A stretch of DNA of 63,793 bases, the filler included, from Chiloscyllium plagiosum (Eukaryota): assembly GCF_004010195.1 (NCBI RefSeq). It is 4 parts of one record of this genome, joined end to end, with 100 filler letters (N's around TTAATTAATTAA, not from the genome) between each part and the next. Parts side by side here need not be neighbours in the genome. Positions count along the whole stretch, not along the records: positions 23,237 to 41,146 come from NC_057713.1; 3 more parts are not named here. One strand, written 5' to 3'. Shown one piece after another: positions 23,238 to 36,504 of this stretch. Below the pieces are notes generated by a model. That model searched no databases, was not told where the DNA came from, and saw only the letters and a list, made by a program, of their open reading frames with translations. Positions within the stretch are counted from its first letter, which is position 1. Each line of letters starts with the position of its first letter. Made by a program: the position numbers and the translations under genes.

Positions 23238-23796
23238 GACCTCGATTATCGAGGTTGTCAATATGATTTTCCAAGGTCCGGACTCGCTGCTCGAGAGTCC
23301 GGACTTGATCCACGGCCGATTGAGCGGTTGTCTCCGAGGTCGCGGCCTTTAGCTCCGCCCCTCCGACTCGGCTTTGAATTTCTTCAATTTCACGGTCGTG
23401 CTTCTTCAGCGCGGCCGAGAGCGACTCCCAACGATTTCTGGATTCGACGATAAAGGCATCGATCTTCGAGTCAAGCTTGGAAAGCATTTCTGCAAGACTT
23501 GCTACTGTAGGTAAGTTCCTCGGGGCGGCTGTGGACGCCTCTGCTGCAGCTGTAGAGTGTGGGGGAGGGGTTCCTGCTTGCTGAGAGCCTCGGGCTCCTT
23601 TCCCTTTAGTCATTTTAACTTAGGATAGAGTTGCTTAAATATAATATTACACCACTAATTCAGTTATTAAACTATTATAAATGATTTATAAATGATTTGG
23701 TGAGCTTGGTAGGGGGTAGGTGACCCACTGTGCCCAAGTCTTGGGAGGAGCACTATAGACTCAGTCTTACTGGGTCGCCGCCATCTTGGATCCCCC
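23238..23796 (-). mobile_element. L1-clade LINE 5' end: 5'UTR plus ORF1p N-terminal coiled coil (ATG at 23613), truncated by gap
   Basis: 5' GGGGGATCCAAGATGGCGGCG start; heptad-rich ORF ending ...LENHIDNLDNRG, like the L1 ORF1p (L)ENRSRR.N motif. Confidence 0.85.
23779..23788 (-). promoter_or_regulatory. YY1-type site (CAAGATGGCG) at the L1 5' terminus
   Basis: CGCCATCTTG on + strand, about 10 bp inside the element end, as in mammalian L1 internal promoters. Confidence 0.75.
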
Positions 23797-25358
23797 GATT
23801 GAATTTTTTGAAGAAGCAACAAAAAGGATTGATGAGGGCAGAGTGATAGATGTGACCTATATGGACTTCAGTAAAGCATTCAACAAGGTGGGCGGCACGG
23901 TGGCACAGTGGTTAGCCTCAGCACCAGAGACCCGGGTTCAATTCCCGCCTCAGGCGACTGACTATGTGGAGTTTGCACGTTCCCCCCATGTCTGCGTGGG
24001 TTTCCTCCGGGTGCTCCGGTTTCCTCCCACAGTCCAAAGATGTGCAGGTCAGATGAATTGGCCATGCTAAATTGCCCGTAGTGTTAGGTAAGGGGTAAAT
24101 GTAGGGGTATGGGTGGGTTGCGCTTCGGCAGGTCGGTGTGGACTTGTTGGGCCGAAGGGCCTGTTTCCACACTGTAATGTAATGTAATCTAATCTAATCT
24201 AATCTAATCTAAAGGTTCCCCATGCAAGACTAGTTAGCAAGGTTAGATCTCATGGAATACAGGGAGAACTAGCCATTTGGATACAGAACTGGCTCAAAGG
24301 TAAAAGACAGAGGGTGGTGGTAGAGGAATGTTTTTCAGACTGGAGGCCTGTGACCAGTCGAGTGTCACAAGGATTGTCGCTGGGTCCACTACTTTTCTTC
24401 ATTTATACAAATGATTTGGATGTGAGCATAAGAGGTTTAGTTAGTAAGTTTGCAGCTGACACCAAAATTGGAGGTGTTGTGGACAGCGAAGAGGGTTACC
24501 TCAGATTACAACAGGATCTTGACCAGATGGGCCTATGGGCTGAGAAGTGGCAGATGGAGTTTAATTCAGATAAATGCGAGGTGCTGCATTTTGGGAAAAT
24601 AAATCTTAGCAGGTCTTATACACTTCATGGTAAGGTCCTAGGGAGTGCTGCTGAACAAAGAGACCTTGGAGTGCAGGTTCATAGCTCCTTGAAAGTGGAG
24701 TCACAGGTAGATAGGGTAGTGAAGAAAGTGTTTGGTATGCTTTCTTTTATTGGTCAGAGTATTGTGTACAGGAGTTGGGCGGTCATGTTGCAGCTGGACA
24801 GGACATTGGTTAGGCCACTGTTGGAATATTGCGTGCAATTCTGGTCTCCTTCCTATCAGAAAGATGTTGTGAAACCTGAAAGGGTTCAGAAAAGATTTAC
24901 AAGGATGTTGCCAGGTTTGGAGGATTTGAGCAATTGGGAGAGGCTGAACAGGCTGTTTTCCCTGTAGCGTCAGACGCTGAGGGGTGAACTTATAGAAGTT
25001 TACAAACTTATGAGGGGCATGGATAGGGTAAATAGGCAAAATTTTATCCCTGGGGTCGGGGAGTCCAGAAGTAGAGGGCATAGGTTTAGGGTGAGAGGGG
25101 AAAGATATAAAAGAGACCCAAGGTGCAACTTTTTCACAGAGGGTGGTACGTGTATGGAATGAATTGCCAGAGGATGTAGTGGAGGCTGGTACAATTGTAA
25201 CATTTCACAGGCATTTGGATGGGTATATGAATAGGAAGGGTTTGGAGGGATATGGGCGGGGTGCTAGCAAGTGGGACTAGATTGGGTTGGGATATCTGGT
25301 CGGCATGGACGGGTTGGACCAAACGTTTTGTTTCCATGTTGTACATCTCTGACTCTAA
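23797..25358 (+). mobile_element. CR1 LINE RT-to-3' part with SINE insertion
   Basis: IEFFEEATK, YMDFSKAF, LGPLLF, RPLLEYCVQFWSP; ACATCTCTGACTCTA tail. Confidence 0.93.
23889..24211 (+). mobile_element. HE1-like SINE
   Basis: Head/core/(AATCT)n tail; AAGGT direct repeat at 23885-23889 and 24212-24216. Confidence 0.93.
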
Positions 25359-27949
25359 GCTGTTTACTCCAGTGGTTCTGGTAGATTGCTCATAACCTCT
25401 GCCTTATAACCTCTCTCCAAAAAATGAGGACAAAATAATCTCTTAAAGCCACAGCATCGTCACATCATGAAATGTTATGAGAAATTTTCATTCAACCTGT
25501 GTTGTTAGAACTGAGTGGATCCAAGACTGTTGTCTATTTTACAATCTGTTCAATTTTACTCTCCATTGACTTTGATGAAATATCAATCCTGGCAGGAAGT
25601 AAACATAGTATTTAATTGAAGGACAATTTCGAACATGTCATCTCATAATGAAAAGAAGTGTAGAGATCAGATGAGTCACACACCATCAATTGATTATATT
25701 AATAGACTTAGTCCTTTAGTACAATTCTTGCACTGATTTAACTACCAGAATTAATCTATATTCTTGAAAATATTCAAATAAATAACAAAATGCTATTGCT
25801 ATTGATTGATTACACTGAGTTAAATTCTAAATTCCACTTTCTTTGGTTGTATTTTAACTATAATGTTTAAATAGATTGTGTTTTACTTAACGTTGTGTAG
25901 TTTGACCAGTTGCATTGCATCTGGAACATTGTGTGAGCCATAACCACTTTACAAATGCATTAATAAAACACTTTCACCAATAAATATTTAAGAATAAAGT
26001 TCAGATGTTCAACAAAAGTATAAGTAATGGTGAGCTATTGAGGAAAGTTCTAGTTCTGCCTTCTGTAAAGAAAGCTTCAACTTGGTTACGAAAGCATTCA
26101 AATAACTCAACTAACATAAGCTTTGAAGTTATTATTAAAATGAAAACATCAGGTACAATTCATGTGGCAATCACAATTATGGTTATAACTTCAAAGAAAC
26201 TGTTAATTTTTTTCAGTATTAAAACTTTTAAACTCAACAATGAATGGTAATGTATCATGATCATAGCTAATCGAACTACATCTCAAATGTCAAAATCCAT
26301 TTGTTTCCAAATCAGATTTTTCAGCAAAACTGCATGAAGTCTAATTCCAATATGTCAAAACTGCTTCAGAAAGTACACTTAGGCCGATTAAATCTTCTAA
26401 GCATAATATAAACTTAACCAAAGTTGATTCAAATGCAGTGACACTCCCAACATACATCCAAAATAATTTCCTTTTAACAACTGGGAGTGACATAAACCTA
26501 GTCTGGGAAGCCTTCTCTTTGTGACAGAGTCCAGTCAGCACCAAGGTATCTAGTATCAGACCACTAACTGCAGCATATTGTGTTTTGGCATCGAACCTAG
26601 AAATATAGTTTAATAATCACGTCCCAGCTTTTTATATTCATAAATAGGATCTACTTCGTTCTTTTGCTTTCAAGCAGAACGCTTTCCAGTAATTATGGTA
26701 AATCTGAACTTAATTTTACCTCTATTCCACTACTTTATTACAATGCATTTGTACAATTGATTTATCATGTAGGTGTCAGTGCATTGATAAGTATAACGTT
26801 TATATATGTGCAGAACACCATAATATGTAATTCAAGGCCACATTTCTGCTTAGGCAGTCTGGTAGAGATTAGATGTTTTCTTTTCTGTTTCATTCTTTCT
26901 GTACAGTAATTCACTGAAGGATGAATAACATTTTGCTTTTAGGCTACATTTATTTTGCTGTTAAATTATAACCTGAGATAGATGTAGCTGAGATTCGCAC
27001 TATTGTTCTGCATAATATACAATTATATAGACACCACCATCATTAGAACACACCAGTCAGTTGTGCTGAAGCCTGCATGTTATAATTAGTGGTATTGATA
27101 ATGAATATTATGCAACATAATGTACAATATAACATGAAAAAGTTGGAGTTAAGTTCCAACTACCTTGAAACCCAACAAATGCTTTCATGCAGACTAAGGG
27201 GTGAAAATTGCTGGAATAGATGTTCACTGTCACCGCTTGAGTGATCATTTTGTGCAGATAGTAACCTCACATTTTACGCCTCCTTCAATTTTCATTCCTT
27301 TATAACAACCATTCGTGGAGTGAAGACAAAAGTGCTGCAATGTGTTGATCTTCTTCTCATAAAAGGGACATAGGTATCATTCTCAGTTCTGATATTATCT
27401 ACCTATCAGGAAAGACAGAGCATGAATGAAAGCTGAAGGGTGACCTGACAAAGGTCTTTAATATTATTAAGGGTGGTAATTGCAGAATTAGAGAATATGT
27501 TTTTACTTGTGAAGGAATTGAAATTAGGAAGTGGGAAAGGGTGAAGATGCATGGAAGTCTGCCAGGCATCCAGTGATGGAGCGACACTTGACTTGGCTGG
27601 AGAGCTGAGTTGCCAGGCCAGGGGTGATGCTGAGGTCAAAGGGATATGTGATGAGAATAAGGAAGATTTCTACTTGGAGTCGACTATTGGACAGAACTGA
27701 AATATGCATCAGACACGGATGGAATGAAAGGTTGGGAAGACTTGAACTCTAAGTATTTATATTCTCCAAGGCAGACAGCTGCTTTCTGGAAGGAAAGAGA
27801 CTCTAGACTCCTCTGAAATGGGCAGCATTGATGCCCCATTGGATGCAGCAACATATCATTCCCTGCAACCCCTCCACTCAATGATGCCTGAAACTTGGAT
27901 ACCCTGGAATTTGAACTTCAATCATGTCTCCTTCACTGGGACAAAATTA

Positions 27950-28820
27950 TATGCTAATGTGCTGATCAACATTCTAAGTTCATTCACTTAACCAGTCAAA
28001 CTGCTTGCATTAAAATAGATACAATTAAGCTTTCTGGATTCTCACATACCTATCATGATCCTTTCTTTCCAATTACTTGACTGTTCTAGCATTCTTTTTT
28101 ATATGTAGTGGACCTTACTGCCAACTTGCATCTACTCTATGCCCAATTCCCATGCCAAGTCAGTTTAAAACATCCCGAACAGCTCAGGCAAACCTTCAGC
28201 AAGGATATTGGATGCATTCTGGTTCAAGTGCAACCCATCCAGCTTGTACAAGCCATATCTATCCCAGAAATAGTCGCAATAATCAAAAAATCTAAAGCCC
28301 TCCTTCCTACACAATCTCTTTAGCCATATGTTCACTTGACCTGTGTTCCCACTCCTATACTCAGTAGCATGTAACACTAGAAGTAATCTAGAGATGACAA
28401 CTTTAGCAGTCTTATCTTTAATCTATTACCGAACTCTCTCAATTCCTATTACAGGACCTTTTCCTCTTAACCAAGTCAATGCTACCAAAATGTACCAGGA
28501 CTGCTGGTTATCCACCCACCCCTTCAGAATGCCCTGCAGCTGTTCTGAGACATTCCTGAACCTAGCACCATGGAGACAACATACTATTCGAGAGTCTCAT
28601 CTGCTGCCACAGAACCACCTATTCCAACTGAGTCACCTATCAATAAAGCTCTCCCAGTCTTTTTCCTCCCCTGCTGTGCAGCAGAGTCAATTGTGGTGTC
28701 ACAATTTTGGTCTTTGCCAATTTTTCCTGAGAGGTCATTCCCTTCTATCAGTATTCAACATGACAAATCAGCTTGAGATGGGGATGGCTACAGAGGATTT
28801 ATGCTCTATCTGCCTATGAT
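27950..28820 (-). mobile_element. Decayed CR1 ORF1 (esterase) to ORF2-start fragment
   Basis: NIWLKRLCRKEGFRFFD...YKLDGLHLN (SGNH block V DGLH). Confidence 0.75.
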
Positions 28821-29814
28821 TCCTTTTCTCTGATCTTCACTTTACTTATCTTTCAACTCGTTATTTTCATCAATGTGAATAAATATCAGCCCAGACTGGC
28901 AATCCAAGTGGCTCATTTTCATGTTGTTACAACTATGTAAATGCATTTAATTTAAATTTTATGCTTTATGATCTTGGGTGAAGTTGGGTGGCAGAGAAAT
29001 GCCCAGAAATTGGATGGTGTTGTATCTATTTTACAGCATACAACAAACATCCAAGCATTCATGAAGCGTGTTGTGCAGTGTACGTTTCATGCTGAAGTAC
29101 ACTGCCTATCATCTTAGGGAAGTGGGAAAGCTAGTCCAGGGCTTTTGCATGTGGAAGTGCAAGCTTTAACACTGGTCTTCTTGCAAAACTGGCCTTCCTT
29201 GTATACTGTCAGCATTAAGCTGGTTGTATTTGAAAAATTGTAGCTTACATTGGAACTATGATTTCACAAGAGGACTGCAGGAGGCTATAACCAATATATA
29301 TATATTTTTTTAAAAAACTGAAAATGAAGTTAACAGGAACAGGATTGAGTCTCCTAGCTCCATTACAGTTACATCTATGCTTGCCCTCCTTGGCTCTATC
29401 CTGCTCATCTGCACGACCTGCTTGGTGGTCAAACTTAGAAACCGCTTATGGATATCTAAAGGAGCATTAACTTTTAATGTAATATTTATTTGAGCATTAT
29501 TTGATACCTTGCTGAAATAATCCTAATTTGTAACAACTTTGAAATGTAAATTGAGATTTAATGAACAGAACCAATTCAATTTATATTCTAATTAGATATA
29601 AAATTAATTATAAACATGATTTACATAATCCAAGTTACATTATCATTTTATTACAGTTGCAAAAACAAAATTGGCATTTAGCTAATTATTTGAGTGGTAT
29701 TGTAGTTGTAGCTAATCCCGCTGCAAGTGATACATTAGAATTTATTTTTAATTTAGGCTAAGGTATTTTTGTAAGGGTGAATATAAAAACAAATAGACAG
29801 ATAGGTAGATAGAC

Positions 29815-30790
29815 CCATACAGCCCAGAAAAGGTTCTTTGGTCCATTGTGTCCATACCAACATAACTACAAAGAGCACTAATCCTAATTTCTTGCAGTTT
29901 TCCCATATCCTTTAATGCTATGATATTTGAAGTATTTATCCAAATTCTTTTTCTAAAAGTTATAATATTTACAGCCTCAACTGCATTCGCAGGCATTCCA
30001 AATTCCCACCAACCCAGAGTGAAAAAGGTTTTCCCCAAATCCCCTCTGAATCTCCAGCCTCTTACTCTAACACTACGCCCTCTTATCATTGAACCCTCAA
30101 TCAAGGAGAACCATTTCAATTCATCCTGTCCATAACCCTCAATCATGTCACCCCTCAGTCTTCTCTGCTCTAAAGAGTACAATCCAAGTCTGTCCAAAAT
30201 TGGAGTAGTGTGTACAGTTCTGGTCACCTCATTACAAGAAGGATGTGATAGCACTAGAGGGGATTACAAAGGAGGTTCATCAGGACGGTATCTGGTATGG
30301 AGAAATTGAGCTATAAGGAGAGAGCTATAACAGAATAGAGAGATGTAATGAATGGTGTGCTGGGAGCTCAATTGTTCACACTTTATATAAATGACTTGAA
30401 TAAAGGGGTGGAAAGTATGGTTACCAAATTTGCTGATGACACAGGATCTGTAAGAAATTGGTTTTAAAGAGCACATAAGATGGCTCACAATAATATGCAC
30501 AGAACAACATAGAACATAAAACAATACAGCACAGGAATAGGTTCTTTGGCCACTATGTCCATGCTGACCATGATGCTGTTCGAAACTAATCTTATCCTCC
30601 TAGACATGGTCAGTATCCCTCTCTTCCCTGCTTGTTCATATGTTTATCCATTGCTATTGTACTATATAGATAGTTTAAGTAATTGTGCAAAAGTGTGGCA
30701 AACTGAATATAATGCAGGAAAATATGAAATTGTTCATTTTAGCCTGAAGAATAGAAAAGAAGCGTGTTAGAAAATGATAAGAAATTGCAA
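29815..30790. mobile_element. Cluster of decayed CR1 fragments on both strands
   Basis: Minus LGLYSLEQRRLRGDMIE (29815-30200); plus KFADDT and WQTEYNAGK remnants. Confidence 0.7.
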
Positions 30791-32399
30791 AGGTCTGAGA
30801 TATAGTGGGATGTGGATGTTTATTTTTGTAAGATAGAGGTTTCACTGGCAAGATTAGCATTTATTATCCATCCCTAATTGCCCTTGAGAACATAAAGTTA
30901 AACTGTATTCTTACCAAGCAGTCTGTGTGATATGTGTACACTCAAAGTATTTTTAGGGAATGAATTTCACGTTGTGATGAAGAAATACAATTTAGTCAGG
31001 ATAGGTTTGATGATAAATCTGCATATTGTTGTTTTTAAATGTTTGCTGCCCCTCTACTTCAAGATTCTAGACATTGTAGTTTTGGTAGATGCTATGGGAA
31101 AAGCATTAGTGAGATGCTTTGCAACATCTTGCATAAGTACACAATGGTGGTGAAGAGAGCGGTCAAATAGTGAATAAAGGAGGTAATAATCATTTATGTA
31201 AAGAGGTGAATTGGTAGAAAATTAGATCTAAAACCAATGCCATTGGAATCTGTCTGATCTTGTAATCTTGATCTTACAATATAGATGACATGTTATCACA
31301 TGTGTTTGCAAGCAAATTAAAAATGGTTTGGCAAAAGCTTCCTCAAGAAACTAATGCCCCTGTATAAACACATACAGTATTTCTGTTTCCTGATCAGTTA
31401 ACCAAAATTTTCTAGCAGCCAGCACCCCAATCTCAAATGAGAAGCCATTAATAGTTCAATTGTTTTTCACTCCCATTTTAAAGGAGTACTATCAGCTCAG
31501 CAAAATTGAACTTGGTCACATAATGTGTTGCTGTAGGCAGTCATCTTTATCTCGTCCGTCCAAAACACATTGCTCATGCCAGATGAGGGGAAAATGTTCA
31601 AAACACTGACATTTGAAAAACGTCCTGACTCATAAGCGAATTCAATAGAACAGTTCAAGGAAAGTCAAGCAAGTTCTTTTCATCACATATTTTAACGGAA
31701 ACTTTATTTTGCAGTATAAGTTTATTCCAAAAGAGAAAATAGCAGCTTAATATACACCAAATCAAAGCTGCTGGGAGCCGGAGGACAAAATCTGCACACA
31801 GGAACAAGCAAAACAAATCAAATAACAGCCAATTCTGGTCAAATTACATTGAGCCAGCTAATTTCAATAGTTTGTCATCATATAAGTAATAACAGTTACA
31901 AACAAAGTAAGCAACCATAATGATCATAAACAATCATAAACTGTTGAGCAAATGCAGAGACAAAAATTAAATGTCCAATCAATCAGAACAATTAGATAGC
32001 ATTTAATGTGCCAACAATTAATGCAGTGTAAGGACTAAGCTCAACTCTCTATGCCAGTTTTATTTACTTATTTTAATAAAGCAATTTGAATATGTTATAC
32101 CTTATGGTAGGTATAACTTGAATCCATCCCCTGCAGTAGGGGCAATACTACAGAACCATATTGTTGTTTTATTTCACTAATAAAATTCATCAGACTAGGA
32201 TTTGCATGGACTTGTAATGTTTACAAACCAATGGATCTGAATGACTGATCTGGAAATAAGAGATTAAAATCCACAGCAGTTGCAGTATTTAAATTCAGTT
32301 AATTAGATAAATCTGGAATGAAAATCTACTGTTCACAATGGTGATCAAATAACCACTGGATTGCAATAAAAATCCATCTGCTTCAGCAATGCCTTGCAG

Positions 32400-35240
32400 T
32401 GTTCTTTAGTCGCCACAATACCAGGAGGACATTGAAGCTTTGGAGAGAGTCACAATAAGGTTCATCGGGATGTTGCCTGGCTTCGAAAGCATTGACTATG
32501 AGGAAAGTTTATAAAGACTAGGATTATTTTCACTAGAAAGACAGTGGCTCAGAGGAGACCTGATAGAGGTCTACAAAATTATGAGGGGAATAGATACAAG
32601 CATTCTCAGGGTTGAAGTTTCAATTACAAGGGGCACAGGTTCAAGGTGAGAGGGGGAAAGTTAAAGGGAGATGTGCAAGGAAGTTTTTGACGCAGAGAGT
32701 GGTAGGAGCCTGGAATGCACTGCCAGGAGAGGTGGTAGAAGCAGATAAAGAACATAGAACATAGACCATTACAGAACAGTACAGGCCCTTCAGCCCTCGA
32801 TGTTGCACTGACCTGTGGATTACATTTTCATCCATATGTTTATACAATGATCATTTAAATGCCCTTAAAGTTGATGAGTCTACGACTGTTGCAGGCAATG
32901 CATTCCACGCCCTTACTGTCTCAGAGTAAAGAAACTATCTCTCACACCTATATATATATCACCCCTCAATTTAAAGCTATGTCCTCTCGTGCTAGCCATC
33001 ATCATCCAAAGAAAAAGGCTTTCACTCTCCACCCTATCTAACCCTGTGATTATCTTATATGCCTCAATTAAGTCACCTCCCAAACATCATCTCTCTAATG
33101 AAAACAGCCTCAAGTCTTTAGCCTTTCCTTATAAGACCTTCCCTCCAGATCAGACAACATCCTAGTAAATATCCTCTGCACCCTTTCCAAAACTTACACA
33201 TTCTTCCTATAATGCGGTGACCAGTACTATATGCAATACTCTAAGTTCGGTTGCATCAGAGGTTTGTACAGTTGCAGCATGATCTCGTGGCTATGAACCT
33301 CAATCCCTCTACCAATAAAAGCTAACACACTGTATTCTGAACAACCCTGTCAACCTGGATGGCAAGTTTCAAAGATCTATGTACCGAGATCTCTCTGCTC
33401 ATCTACACTATCAAGAATCTTATCATTAGCCCAGAACTCTTTATTCCTGTTGTTCCTTCTGAAGTAAATCACCTCACACTTTCCCGCATTAAACTCCACT
33501 TGTCACCTCTCAGTCCAGCACTCAGCTTATCTCTGTCCCTCTGAAACCTGCACTATCCACAACCCCATTGACCTTAGTGTCATCCACAAATTTGCTTACC
33601 CATCCTTCTATGCCCTCATCTAAGTCACTTATAAAAATGACAAACAGCAGAGGCCCCAAAACTACTGCGGTACACCACTGGTAACTGAACTCCAGGATGA
33701 ACATTTCCCATCAATCACCACCCACTGTCTTCTTTCAGCGAGCCAATTTCTGATCCAAACCACTAAATCACACTCAATCCTATGTCTCCGTATCCTACCA
33801 TGGGGCACCTTATTTGAAAGCCTTACTGAAATCCACATACACCACATCAACTACTTTACCCTTATCCACCTGTTTGGTCACCATCACAAAGAATTCAATA
33901 AGGTTTGTGAGGCATGACCTACTCTTCACAAAACCATGTTGACAATCTCTAAACAACTTATTCTTTGCTAGATGATTATAAATCCTATTCCTTATAATCT
34001 TTTCCAACACTTTACCCACAACTGAAGAAAGGCTCATTGGTTGATAATTACCAGGGTAGTCTTTACTCCCCTTCTTGAACAAAGGGGCAACATTTGCTAT
34101 CCTCCAATCTTCAGACACTATTCCTGTAGACAATGATGACATAAAGATCAAAGCCAAACGCTCTGCAATCTCCTCCTTGGCTTCCCAGAGAATCCGAGGA
34201 TAAATCCCATTTGGCCCTGGGGACTTATCTATTTTCACACTTCCCAGACTTGCTAACACCTCCTCCTTGTGAACCGGTCTTTTTCCAGTGTGAATACCGA
34301 AAAAAACCATTCATTTTGCACTTCTCGGACTCCTCGCACAACTTCCCACTACTAACCTTAATTGGCCCTAATATTTCTCAGGTCATTCTTTCTACCAATG
34401 ACTTCTCATATCCCCTCCTAGCTTTTCTTAGTCTTTCCTGGTTAACTTGTAACTCTCAACCGCCCTAACGGAGCATTCATGTCTCATCATAACATAAGAC
34501 TTCTTCCTTTTGACAAGAGATTCAACTTCTTTCGTAAACCATGACTCCCTCGCTTGACCAATTCCCTATCTGACAGGTACATACTTATCAAGGACATGCA
34601 GTAGCTGTTCCTTGAATAAGCTCCACATTTCAATTGTGCCCATCCCCTGCTGTTTCCTTCCCCATCCTAAATCTTGCCTAGTTGCATCATAATTGCCTTT
34701 CCCCCAGCAATGACTCTTGCCCTGCGGTATATACCTATCCCTTTCCATGGTTAAATTAAACATAACTGAATTGTGGTCACGATCACAAGAGTGCTCACCT
34801 ACCTCCAAATCTAACACTTGGCCAGGTTCAATTACCCAGTACCAAATCCAATGTGGCCTCACCCCTTGTTGGTTTGTTGACATATTGTGTCAAGAATCTA
34901 TCCTGCACACTTTCGACTAAAACTGACCTATCTAAAGTACTGTTAGTCTTGCTCCTATCCAGAATTATCTTTGCTATTCTTTCGTCTACATCTCTGGTAC
35001 TATTCGGAGGCCTATAAAAAATTCCCAGAGGAATAGGGTGACCTCTCCTTTCCTGTTTCTGACCTCAGCCCATACTCTACCTCAGTAGACAAGTCCTCAA
35101 ACATCCTTTCTGCCACCATAATAATGACCTTATCTTACAATACCACACCTCCCCCTCTTACTTCCTTCTCTGTCTCATATTAGTGACATTTAAGAGGCAT
35201 CTGGATGCATAGGGAGGGAACAAAGGAATACAAGGTTGGG
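32400..35240 (+). mobile_element. CR1 3' fragment (32400-32747, resuming ~35178-35240) split by an antisense CR1
   Basis: GTAGAAGCAGAT | ...GTGACATTTAAGAGGCATCTGGAT continuity across the insert. Confidence 0.75.
32748..35175 (-). mobile_element. 5'-truncated CR1 LINE (EN to tail)
   Basis: DHNSVMF, KSPGPNGIYPRIL, YVDFSKAF, KFVDDTK; (GAACATA)n tail at the left end. Confidence 0.92.
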
Positions 35241-36504
35241 GGGCCAAAGGGGCGGTTCTTCTCTCATTGTTTTGTTAATTTTCCTGGCAATTTGGGAACC
35301 AGCTTAGTGTTGGAAGACTGAATAAAATGGATAACCCTGTACCTTTCTACCACCAGGCCTTAAGCTACCTGCTTGCCAAGTCAATTGGGGGTCAAGCTCC
35401 ACATCATGCCATATTGACAAGGCCTGCCATCAGAATGTGAGATTGCTTTGGCAGTTTTTTTAATTCTCTGAGAGGAAGCATTACTTTATGGATACTCCAT
35501 GCCTCAAGATCAGGCCTCCAATAGAAATATCTGTTCTCACACAATATGAACAGAACTTCACAACTCACCTCCATCCAGTTGTCAAGTCTTGTTCCCCGAT
35601 GCCAATTTCCTAAACCTAAGTCACGTCAGCACCCTCTCACTGTGTTTCAGCCTCAGCAATGGCCATTGCTAGCACTGATCTGCCAATCCTCTGAGCTGTC
35701 GTCAATTTGAAGATAGCCCCAGTGCTGAACTAATTATTGGCTCTACCAGAAACTCCTCCCACTGAAGTTGAATCACATCATTCTACTAGCCCAGGGATCA
35801 GGATGTACCAGCAATGGGAGACTTCAGCTGTGACTCTTAATTTATTGATTATCAGGTAAGCTGCTCACCACTATCTTCTCAAGTGCAGTTGCAGATGGGC
35901 AATAAATGCTGGCTTTGCCAGTAACACTTCATATGCAGTAGGCATAAAAATACAAACTCAACAAATCTTAAATGAGAGCATTAAAAGGAAAAAAAATTTT
36001 TAATGGGACAATCTGAAAAAATGTAGAAATCAATTAAGAAACTAATGAAGATATCAATTAACTTCTTTACAAAAGACAAAATACAAACAAGCAATATGCA
36101 AAAAGTACAGAACACTTATGGCCTCGTATCTCTACCTCTGAGCTAGGAGGCCTGAATTCAAGACCCACCTGCTCTAGCAGTGTTTAATAAGATCTCTAAA
36201 CAGATTGATTAGAAAAAAATCTATACAAAATAAACTTTTCAGAATTAGCAAAATGTTACATTGTCATCTCCATCTCTTATGCTTTTCCTCATTTTCTCTG
36301 CCTTTTTTATTCAGAGAGGGAGAAAGTCAAAAGGAGCACAAATTAGAGATGCAGAATGACATGATCTGACAACATGATATGATGTGTTGTGATATACTTA
36401 TGATCTGCCACTATCACACTTATGTTAGCTCCCATAACATAAGAATGAGACATGGGTCCACAAAGCACTGAAGAATCCAACAAACTTTTATGACGGCATC
36501 TGAT

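Noticed and set aside
25962..26250. Triple AATAAA cluster and 81-aa + ORF as a gene end
   Set aside because: Very AT-rich background makes both likely by chance; no recognisable protein
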